From: Faecousia sp.
GTDB taxonomy: Bacteria; Bacillota; Clostridia; Oscillospirales; Oscillospiraceae
Assembly: GCA_045531815.1 (NCBI GenBank)
Contig: JAZSER010000043.1
Location: 2,297-66,296 of the forward strand
DNA: 64,000 nucleotides
Direction: 5' to 3'
The number at the start of each line of letters is the position of its first letter. Within the stretch, counting starts at the first letter, position 1. A program made the position numbers and the translations under genes. Shown here piece after piece: positions 10,534 to 18,006 of this stretch. The notes under the pieces are model-generated. The model ran no database searches. It saw only the letters and a program-made list of their open reading frames with translations, and was not told where the DNA came from.

Positions 10534-11283
10534 ATGGGTAAGTTAACTGGTCGTTATGCAGTTGTCACCGGTGCAGCAAAGGGTATCGGCAGAGCCATTG
10601 CAGAGCGTTTTCTTGAAGATGATGTGGCAGGTGTCGCTCTGTTTGATATGGATGCCGATTTAGTAGCCGCAACCGCTAAGGAGCTGGATCCCACAGGTCT
10701 GAAAGTTATGGCAGTTTCCTGCAATGTCTCTGACCAAGAGAGTGTAAATACTGCTATGAAGACCGTTACTGATCAGTTCGGCAGAATCGACATTCTCGTA
10801 AACAACGCAGGCATCACCAGAGATGCCATGTTCCACAAAATGACAGATGCACAGGCAAAGCTGGTTATGGATGTAAATTTCTTCGGTACTTTCTACTGCT
10901 GCCAGGCTGTCATTCCCGGTATGCGCGAAAGAGAGTACGGCAAGATCATCAACATCTCTTCCACATCTGCCTTCGGCAACGTTGGTCAAACCAATTACAG
11001 CGCCTCCAAGGCTGCCATTGACGGTTTCACCCGCACTCTGGCTCTGGAAAGCGCCAGAAAGGGCATTACTGTCAATAGCATTGCGCCCGGCATGATCGAA
11101 ACAGACATTCTGAAAACGATCCCTGCAGATATTATGGAGCAGAAGATCAAGAGTGTACCCGCCAATCGCATGGGTCAACCTTCCGAGATCGCATCTGTCG
11201 CTTCCTTCCTGGCAAGCGATGATTCCTCTTGGGTCACCGGCAACTGCATCCTGGCATGCGGCGGTCTTAAGATGCGCGGCTAA
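10534..11283 (+). CDS. SDR oxidoreductase, FabG/acetoacetyl-CoA reductase-like
   Basis: TGAAKGIG, NNAGITRD, GNVGQTNYSASK. Confidence 0.9.
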   Translation: MGKLTGRYAVVTGAAKGIGRAIAERFLEDDVAGVALFDMDADLVAATAKELDPTGLKVMAVSCNVSDQESVNTAMKTVTDQFGRIDILVNNAGITRDAMFHKMTDAQAKLVMDVNFFGTFYCCQAVIPGMREREYGKIINISSTSAFGNVGQTNYSASKAAIDGFTRTLALESARKGITVNSIAPGMIETDILKTIPADIMEQKIKSVPANRMGQPSEIASVASFLASDDSSWVTGNCILACGGLKMRG

Positions 11284-11309
11284 GATAATTTAAAGTAACA
11301 ATTCGACAA

Positions 11310-11348
11310 AACGCCCTCTGCTGCATCATTGCGGCAGAGGGCGTTTTT
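11310..11348 (+). terminator. Rho-independent terminator
   Basis: AACGCCCTCTGCTGCA-loop-TGCGGCAGAGGGCGTTTTT. Confidence 0.8.
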
Positions 11349-11489
11349 GTAATAAGTTCGGCATATGGGTTTCTGCATGAGAATAATCGGTCATGATTAT
11401 TTTAACAATTCATACAAGACACGGCCCTTTGCATCCGGGAGCGAAATACCCAGAATGCGCACCATTATTAAATACAGGCCCAATACCGA

Positions 11490-12179
11490 TCAGCTTTTGT
11501 TGCACAACCCCTCCTCCAGTTGCAAAATTGTTTCCGGTAATTCCCCCAGGTTCTGCAGCACACGCCAACTCATGCGTGTTGTCTGTTCATTGGCACTGAC
11601 CTGGTCAGGAATCAGTATAACTTCCATACCGGCAGCTGTACCAGCAAATACATCCGCAGGCGTGTCACCCACTACCACGCACTCCGCAGGGCGCACATCA
11701 CAAAGTTCCGCAGCTTTCAAGAAAATATCAGGCATGGGTTTCCCCCGCTGAACCATATCTCCGCAAACAACAGCAGCGAACAGGCCAATAATTCCCACAT
11801 GTTCCAAATGTGCGCAAGTAGTTGCATAGTCTGTTGAAGATGCTGCAGCCAAGGTATAGCCATGCGCACGCAAGTAACGCAAAGTTTCTCCCGCAAAAGG
11901 CTTAAGCAGCACTTCTGCTGAAGTATTTGCAATTATCTCCTCTGATATCCTTACTCGTTCCTTTCGTATGGAATCGTAAGGAAAATCCGTGCCACAGTAT
12001 TTTTGAAAGCATGCCCGCGCTACTTGCGCATTGACTGCCCGTGTCTGCAAAAGCGCTTCCAGCGGGATCGTATACCCAAATGCCGCACCGGCTTTGACCC
12101 ATGCCCGCATATAAACTTTTTCCGTGTCTAAAAGCGTACCGTCTACATCAAAAAGAATCGCCTTCTTCACTTCAGTCAC
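11490..12179 (-). CDS. HAD-family phosphatase
   Basis: FDVDGTLLDTE, KPMPDIF, GDTPAD. Confidence 0.9.
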   Translation of the reverse strand: MTEVKKAILFDVDGTLLDTEKVYMRAWVKAGAAFGYTIPLEALLQTRAVNAQVARACFQKYCGTDFPYDSIRKERVRISEEIIANTSAEVLLKPFAGETLRYLRAHGYTLAAASSTDYATTCAHLEHVGIIGLFAAVVCGDMVQRGKPMPDIFLKAAELCDVRPAECVVVGDTPADVFAGTAAGMEVILIPDQVSANEQTTRMSWRVLQNLGELPETILQLEEGLCNKS

Positions 12180-12342
12180 TCCTCATTCTGATTAGTATTC
12201 CCATTTTACCAAAATTGTCCACTGGGAGCAAGGAAATAATCACAGTATACTGCATTCTAAATGTACCTGTTATCAAGCTGCAGCAAATATAACACACCCC
12301 CTTATGTTCAGAAAATCCTACATAAGGGGGTGTTCTTTGTTA

Positions 12343-13110
12343 TTATTTTGCAGGCAACAACTGACAGCTCATACCGCCGTCAACCGCAAACTCTGTGCCG
12401 GTAACATTCTTGGAAAGATCTGATCCAAGGAAGTAGGCTGCATTGGCAATATCCTCATAATCAGAGATATCTCCCAAAGGTGCCTGAGAGCCTCCAATGG
12501 CCTCTCCGCCCATTTTTCTCCAACGATCAGTCTTGATCGTACCGGGCATAACAACATTGGACCGGATGCCATACTTACCCAGGTCCACAGCAAACGCTCT
12601 GGACATGGCATTGATGCCACCCTTGGAAGCACAGTACGCGCTGCGGTTGGGGATCGCACGGTAAGAAGTATTGGAGCTGATGAAAACAACTGCACCCTTG
12701 TGCTGCTCCTTCATGCGCAGAGCTGCCTGACGAACAATGGTAAAGTTCCAAACCAAGTTGGTCTCAAACACTCTCTGGAACTCCTCAACAGGGACGCTGA
12801 AGAAATCCATGCCCTTTGCAGGGTCATTTCCAAAGCCCAGATCTGCAGAGTTCAAAACAACCGTCTGTGCAAAGCAATCGTTTGCATCCATGTCTGCAAA
12901 GATCTCCTTAACGCGGGCCTCATCGCGAATGTCCAGCGCATAGCCCTTAGCATAGCAGCCATAGGTCTTAGCCAACTCTGCAGCTGCAGCCTCAGCGCGT
13001 TCCTGGTCACGGCTGGTAAGCACTACGCCATATCCCTCCTTTGCAAAACGGGAAGCAATGGCATAGCCGGTACCGTTGGTAGCACCGGTAACAAATACGA
13101 CTTTCTTCAT
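12343..13110 (-). CDS. SDR oxidoreductase
   Basis: TGATNGTG, YCASKGG; adjacent to the dehydratase on the same strand. Confidence 0.88.
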   Translation of the reverse strand: MKKVVFVTGATNGTGYAIASRFAKEGYGVVLTSRDQERAEAAAAELAKTYGCYAKGYALDIRDEARVKEIFADMDANDCFAQTVVLNSADLGFGNDPAKGMDFFSVPVEEFQRVFETNLVWNFTIVRQAALRMKEQHKGAVVFISSNTSYRAIPNRSAYCASKGGINAMSRAFAVDLGKYGIRSNVVMPGTIKTDRWRKMGGEAIGGSQAPLGDISDYEDIANAAYFLGSDLSKNVTGTEFAVDGGMSCQLLPAK

Positions 13111-13120
13111 GTTTGTCACC

Positions 13121-14281
13121 TCAGAAGTAGAACTTGGATTCCGGAGGACGAATATCCGTCAGAGCACCGGTATAATGACGCAGGGTATGCGGCTGATAAG
13201 GATGCGCAAGGCAAGCTTCCTCATTGATCTCAATACCGATACCGGGCTTGTCAGGAATGTAGATATAGCCATCCTCATAACGCAGGTCCTCATTGGTAAC
13301 ATCTGCGCGCCAGGGCACATCGGAATACATGATCTCCAAAATGGAGAAATTGGTGCAGCTGGCTGCCAACTGCAAAGTAGCAGCGTTGGCAACAGGGCCG
13401 GAGGGATTATGGGGTGCAAAGGCAATGTAGTGCATCTCGGCCATTGCAGAGATCTTCTTCAGCTCCATGATACCGCCTGCATGGCTGATATCAGGCTGGA
13501 TATAGTCAGCGGCACGGGTCTCAAAAAGCTCCTTATACTGACGCAGATTATAAAGACGCTCACCTGCAGAAATGGCAACAGGAGACTTATCCCGAACAGC
13601 CTTCAGTGCCTCCAGATTATCCGGGGGGACCGGCTCTTCAAACAGCATGGGTTTAAACTGCTCCAGCTCCTTTGCGATCTTGACACCGGTGGGAACATTA
13701 AAACGGCCGTGGCCTTCGATCAGCAGGTCAACCTCGTTGCCAACAGCTTCACGAACAGCTGCTACACAGCGCAGCGCCGTATCCAGGTCCTTATTGGAGA
13801 TCTCCAGATAGGACTTTCCAAAAGGATCCCACTTCATTGCAGTGACACCGCGCTGCACGGCAATCTTTGCCTTTTCACCGAATTCCTCAGGAGTCTTCGC
13901 ACCTGCGAACCAGCCGTTAACATAGATGCGCACCTTATCCATGGTCTTACCGCCAAGGAGCTTGTACACAGGAACGCCCAGGCTCTTACCCAGGATATCC
14001 CACAACGCTACTTCTACAGCAGAAAGAGCGCTCATCAGAACAGGACCGCAGCGCCAGTAAGAGTCGCGGTACAAATCATGCACGATTCGCTCGATGTTGG
14101 TAGGATCCTTACCCACCAGTACATCCTTGATGTGCTCCACCGCACCAACGAGCGCTTTTTCCTTGTACTCCAGTGTGGCTTCGCCTACACCGTCGATTCC
14201 CTCGTCCGTATAGACCTTAACAAAGGCCCAGTTGGTACGGAAGCAATCCACTACAAAAGTTTTAATGTCGGTGATCTTCAT
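13121..14281 (-). CDS. dgoD: Galactonate dehydratase-like enolase-superfamily enzyme
   Basis: GVGEATLE, ALWDILGK, KWD, EGHGR, FEEP, GER, QPD, APHNP. Confidence 0.8.
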   Translation of the reverse strand: MKITDIKTFVVDCFRTNWAFVKVYTDEGIDGVGEATLEYKEKALVGAVEHIKDVLVGKDPTNIERIVHDLYRDSYWRCGPVLMSALSAVEVALWDILGKSLGVPVYKLLGGKTMDKVRIYVNGWFAGAKTPEEFGEKAKIAVQRGVTAMKWDPFGKSYLEISNKDLDTALRCVAAVREAVGNEVDLLIEGHGRFNVPTGVKIAKELEQFKPMLFEEPVPPDNLEALKAVRDKSPVAISAGERLYNLRQYKELFETRAADYIQPDISHAGGIMELKKISAMAEMHYIAFAPHNPSGPVANAATLQLAASCTNFSILEIMYSDVPWRADVTNEDLRYEDGYIYIPDKPGIGIEINEEACLAHPYQPHTLRHYTGALTDIRPPESKFYF

Positions 14282-14387
14282 TATGTTCTCTCCTTGTATT
14301 TAGATTTCTTATGATTTTACATTGATGTTATTGTTGTACAGTGCTATAATACAAATAACACAATTACACTATCTTACGGAGGCAAGT

Positions 14388-15200
14388 ATGCAAAGCTCAA
14401 ACTTCACCATTCATGAGTACGGTGTTTTCGACTCAAATGTCATGTTTCCGAAAATGGTTGAAACCCAAGAGCGAAAAGTTACAAGTTACGAATTGGAGCT
14501 TTACACCGCTGATTGCACAGGAAATGCCTATATCAATAACACATGGTATCCAATAAAACACGGGGTCTTTATCTGCGCAAAGCCCGGACATGTCCGAAAA
14601 AGTCGCTTGCCTTTTAAATGTCATTACATACATTTAGAAACACAAGACCCGGAACTGAAAGGCCTCTTAGACAACATACCGGACTATTTTACACTGTGGC
14701 AGCTACAGGATCCGGTTCAGCTTTTCAACGAGATGCTAACCGTCGAAACAGACGAATTCATTGAAGACCGCCTTTTGCTGGAAAGCTGCGTCTGCAGATT
14801 GCTCAGGATCCTCAGCCATTACCGCAGCATTGGTACAGCAGAAAAAATCGGGAGTGTATATGCACATCAAAAGGCATTGCTTACCGTACATCAGTATATC
14901 AGTGAGAATCTAAGCCATGAGCTATCCCTTAGAGAACTCGCGCAACTATGCAATCTGAGTCCCACATACTTTCACAGCCTGTTTACAGAATTCTTCCACA
15001 AGACACCGGCGCATTATATCCTGGAATGCAGGATCAGTGCTGCCAAGGCAAAGCTTTTATCCGACGATTGTACACTGTCCAAGCTAGCCAGTGAGTGCGG
15101 CTTCTCATCTCAATCCTATTTTTGCTTTAAATTCAAGCAAGTCACGGGAAAGACGCCCCTGCAATACAAGAAAGAAATGCTCAGCCGTCTTGTACCTTAG
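14388..15200 (+). CDS. AraC-family regulator, divergent from the dehydratase operon
   Basis: C-terminal LSPTYFHSLF...CGFSSQSYF..FKQVTGKTP. Confidence 0.92.
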   Translation: MQSSNFTIHEYGVFDSNVMFPKMVETQERKVTSYELELYTADCTGNAYINNTWYPIKHGVFICAKPGHVRKSRLPFKCHYIHLETQDPELKGLLDNIPDYFTLWQLQDPVQLFNEMLTVETDEFIEDRLLLESCVCRLLRILSHYRSIGTAEKIGSVYAHQKALLTVHQYISENLSHELSLRELAQLCNLSPTYFHSLFTEFFHKTPAHYILECRISAAKAKLLSDDCTLSKLASECGFSSQSYFCFKFKQVTGKTPLQYKKEMLSRLVP

Positions 15201-15329
15201 TCCATTATATTCTCCCAGATATTGCGCGTCAAGAAAATCTTAAGAAATCAAAAAAACTTTGAAAGATATCAACAGTTATTTGAACTTCGAAGTAAGATAT
15301 CAACATTTTGCTATGTAACCAAATCATCA

Positions 15330-15362
15330 AAAACTTCCTGTTGCACGAAGCAACAGGAAGTT
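15330..15362 (-). terminator. Terminator after small ORF
   Basis: 13-bp perfect stem AACTTCCTGTTGC/GCAACAGGAAGTT with U-tail on minus strand. Confidence 0.75.
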
Positions 15363-15368
15363 CAGGTT

Positions 15369-15449
15369 TTATCGATCACTAGGCAAGCTTTCCTCCCCTG
15401 CAAAGATCAGATCGTCCACATCCGCATACCGCTGCTCAGTCATGCACAC
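15369..15449 (-). CDS. Small acidic peptide, 26 aa (MCMTEQRYADVDDLIFAGEESLPSDR)
   Basis: GGAGGTG RBS with GGAGG 8 nt before GTG, own terminator, CAC-16-CATATATT upstream; below ORF-track cutoff. Confidence 0.5.
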   Translation of the reverse strand: MCMTEQRYADVDDLIFAGEESLPSDR

Positions 15450-15519
15450 ACAAATCACCTCCAGAAAACACACTCCCAGTAATATATGCAATCCAGAAGA
15501 AAAAGTGAACCGAAACTTG

Positions 15520-15548
15520 TTGACACAAACTAATTTTTTGGGTACAAT
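15520..15548 (+). promoter_or_regulatory. Sigma-A promoter of the tRNA-Arg locus
   Basis: TTGACA-17 nt-TACAAT. Confidence 0.85.
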
Positions 15549-15581
15549 CTATTCGTGTCATACAACAGAATACTATGATAT

Positions 15582-15621
15582 GCGCTTGTAGCTCAGCTGG
15601 ATAGAGCGTCCGCCTCCTAAG
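15582..15621 (+). pseudogene. 5' half of host tRNA-Arg(CCT), forming attL
   Basis: GCGCTTG TA GCTC AGCTGGATA GAGC G TCCGC CTCCTAA G: acceptor strand, D arm and anticodon loop, after which tRNA similarity stops. Confidence 0.93.
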
Positions 15622-15706
15622 GTAATGTTACAACAGCTGCCTTGAAAAAAGCTCAATAATGACTCAAGTTCGATAACCTTAGGGGTTGTCTGGAACAATT
15701 AAATAC

Positions 15707-15783
15707 GTCGCAATAGCTCAGTTGGATAGAGCACACGCCTCCTAAGCGTGGGGTCGGGGGTTCAAGTCCCTTTTGCGACGCCA
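15707..15783 (+). tRNA. tRNA-Arg(CCT), intact, island-encoded
   Basis: Acceptor GTCGCAA/TTGCGAC, D arm GCTC/GAGC, anticodon CACGC-CTCCTAA-GCGTG, T arm GGGGG-TTCAAGT-CCCTT, encoded CCA; 77 nt. Confidence 0.96.
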
Positions 15784-15792
15784 GCTAACAAC

Positions 15793-15830
15793 GCCGAAAG
15801 CCTTTGTTTTCAAGGGTTTTCGGCATTTTT
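15793..15830 (+). terminator. Terminator after island tRNA
   Basis: GCCGAAAGCCTTTG-TTTT-CAAGGGTTTTCGGC-ATTTTT. Confidence 0.8.
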
Positions 15831-15959
15831 CATACCGAAACATGGCAATGTCAATTAGTTGGTTTTTAATGAACAGTTTACCTTAAGGTTACATTGGCTA
15901 TTGTCCTGCAATTTATCTGCTATCTCCTCCATTTCGCCTGCAGCCTTATATTTGAATAC

Positions 15960-16418
15960 AAAAAATCGCAGCAAGTCTTGACAGATCCTGCTGCGGCAAC
16001 AATCGGTATTCACCTATTTTAGATTTGATCCGGACCGGTTGAAGGCATCCCCATGCTAAACAATATCGATCCGTATTTCCGGGTATCTAAAAAGGCCGCT
16101 GCTTTGTCTGTAGTATTATTCTATCGCAGCCAATCCCAAATGTCATCGGCAACAACCTGCCAATGTATTTACGCAGTTGTGCCAAAATGTTTTCACTAAA
16201 AACAAGGACCGGGAGATCAGCTGCAAGCTTTGTCTGCACGTCTGCAAACATCACTTTGGCGCAGCCGGTTCTCCCGGCAATCGATTTGAAGACCTTCACC
16301 GATTATGGACCGCTACTTTCTCCTTTACAGGTCCGTACCGTTCCACTGTCACCCGACAGTGTCAAACGGTGGGCGCACTTCCACCGAGACGGTAGCCTGG
16401 GTGCTTGATCTTGCCTTT
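15960..16418 (-). ncRNA. Candidate large structured ncRNA (~460 nt, or ~330 nt core)
   Basis: Bounded by a promoter (16424-16452) and a terminator (15960-15995); nearly continuous stems found by eye; no ORF with a well-placed RBS. Confidence 0.6.
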
Positions 16419-16423
16419 GTGAT

Positions 16424-16452
16424 ATTATAGCACAGATGTTCGACAAAGTCAA
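16424..16452 (-). promoter_or_regulatory. Sigma-A promoter with LexA-like box in spacer
   Basis: TTGACT-ttgtcGAACatctGTGC-TATAAT (17 nt spacer, TG extension). Confidence 0.72.
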
Positions 16453-16550
16453 TTTAACTCCCGTTCCCAAATGAGTCTGGGAGAGAAATTGCAAAAAATA
16501 TTTTCAATTTTCAAGATACATTGGTAATTTAAGCAATCAACGGGCATCAG

Positions 16551-16780
16551 TCCTCTCTACATATAAAGATGCATTCAAAAACACGATTTGTTCCACTTGG
16601 GGGAAAATTTTTTAAAATTTCCTCTTCTACTATATAAAGAGGCTTGCAAAAACGCGTTTTCTATCACTTTCTCAATTTGTTTACAAAAATTTCACAAACG
16701 GTCATGCTTTTCTTCGTTCTACTTATAAAAATGCTTTAAATCAGCAAATCTGCCACTTTGATGAAAAATCCCAAAAATTT
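16551..16780. repeat. Three degenerate ~70 bp repeats
   Basis: Units at 16551, 16621, 16711 share TCTAC..TATAAA.A.GC...CACTT...AAAATTT. Confidence 0.7.
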
Positions 16781-16860
16781 ATCCATCAATTTTATTACAC
16801 GATTCATCTGTCCAAAATGCAACTAAATTTGAAAAATATTTCTAACATTTTTCAAATATT

Positions 16861-17050
16861 AAAAGGTGCAGACCTTTCGCAGGTTGCACCTTACTTGAAA
16901 ACGGGAATATTCGAATTCAAAACCAACTTTATCTGTGTATGCAGAGCCAGCTAGTACGCAAGATACTACGCAAGATGATCATAAATTCCGATCATCAGTG
17001 GTTGTATATATAAGAAAACTGGGGCTTCTTCCGAAGTCCCAGTTTTTCAC
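16861..17050 (-). ncRNA. Candidate small RNA (~190 nt, or ~40 nt if the first hairpin terminates)
   Basis: Downstream of promoter 17057-17085; hairpins AAAACTGGG/CCCAGTTTT, GATGATC/GATCATC and terminal AAGGTGCA/TGCACCTT-TT; no ORF in the track. Confidence 0.4.
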
Positions 17051-17056
17051 GTTAGG

Positions 17057-17085
17057 ATTATAACACAGATGTTCTGCCAAGTCAT
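17057..17085 (-). promoter_or_regulatory. Second promoter with LexA-like box, similar to 16424-16452
   Basis: ATGACT-tggcaGAACatctGTGT-TATAAT (17 nt spacer). Confidence 0.62.
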
Positions 17086-17146
17086 TGTCATTCTTCTGCC
17101 AATTTCGCTCCACCATTCTGCCAAAACCGTGCCACCATTTTGCCAC
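17072..17146. repeat. Four phased 22-bp repeats with 11-bp sub-period
   Basis: TTCTGCCAA at 17072, 17094, 17116 and TTTTGCCAC at 17138. Confidence 0.8.
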
Positions 17147-17161
17147 ATTTAGCAATTTTGC

Positions 17162-17623
17162 CTACATCAGCTTTTCATATTCCCTTTTAATGATTTCCCC
17201 CATTTTTTGAGGGGATTCTTTGCAGCCTTCAGTGAACCACAGTTTGGCGACGGAATAGACACCATTTCTAAAAAAGAGAGTCTTATAGTCAGCAGCAGTT
17301 TGGCTGATGCCCAGTTTGAAATATACTTGGAACAGATCTTTATTTTCCAAGATATATTCGAAGATCCAGGCAAACTCGCCCTCTACATGGGGCTGTGCAG
17401 CTACCTGCTTTTCGATCTCTGACGAATAGGTGTTGGCCAAAGCTGAAATGTCTTCGAAATTGGCATAGAAGGTACTGCGGTCAACATTTGCTGCTACGCA
17501 AAGTGCTGTCACAGAGAGTTTATTGAGTTCTTGTTCCCGGAGCAACTCAGCAAAGGCCGCATAAACCCGCTGGATTGTTTCTTGATGCCGTTTGTTATCC
17601 TTTGTGTTCATAAGAAGCCTCAC
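17162..17623 (-). CDS. TetR/AcrR-family regulator
   Basis: LSVTALCVAANVDRSTFYANF HTH. Confidence 0.88.
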   Translation of the reverse strand: MRLLMNTKDNKRHQETIQRVYAAFAELLREQELNKLSVTALCVAANVDRSTFYANFEDISALANTYSSEIEKQVAAQPHVEGEFAWIFEYILENKDLFQVYFKLGISQTAADYKTLFFRNGVYSVAKLWFTEGCKESPQKMGEIIKREYEKLM

Positions 17624-18006
17624 TTCAGCAATTCATCTGACAGTCGCAGGATCTCCGGAGCGATCTTCTCTCTTTGCTTTTTCAGTACCCGGTTGTAGAG
17701 CGGATATGCCAGTGCGATCAGAACCATACCCACAATTCCGATTACAATACCAATGACCATAGCCAGACTGCCCAAGGCACTACCGATATCCGTCATGGCA
17801 AGGCTCATACCGGTGCCCATAATCAGCGCACCGATGATACCGACAGCAAGGGATGCCGCCTGTGCTTTTTGGGTAGGGATCGCGTGGAGCTTGCGCAGCT
17901 GCTCCATTTTATCTTCCTCCTTGGGAAGATATTTTTTGCGGATATCCTCCACCTCCTGCTGCTGAGCAGCAGAGTAAGTAAAGTTAAAGCCTTCTTTATT
18001 TACCAT
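17620..18006 (-). CDS. Small two-TM membrane protein (paralog 1 of 3)
   Basis: YSA..QQEVEDIRKKYLPKEE.K...GALIMGTGM...YPLY...APEILRLS. Confidence 0.8.
   Translation of the reverse strand: MVNKEGFNFTYSAAQQQEVEDIRKKYLPKEEDKMEQLRKLHAIPTQKAQAASLAVGIIGALIMGTGMSLAMTDIGSALGSLAMVIGIVIGIVGMVLIALAYPLYNRVLKKQREKIAPEILRLSDELLK

Noticed and set aside
16371-16378. GTGCGCCC on the minus strand as a group II intron 5' end
   Set aside because: No domain V/VI or reverse transcriptase found downstream; the bases fit a local stem.
16087-16494. Short ORFs in the island left arm (16087-16299, 16163-16408, 16177-16395, 16303-16494)
   Set aside because: No recognisable motifs; the only good SD (AAAGGAG) is over 20 nt from the GTG and inside a hairpin.
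16551-17146. CRISPR array
   Set aside because: Repeats are degenerate or too short, with no repeat-spacer regularity and no cas genes.
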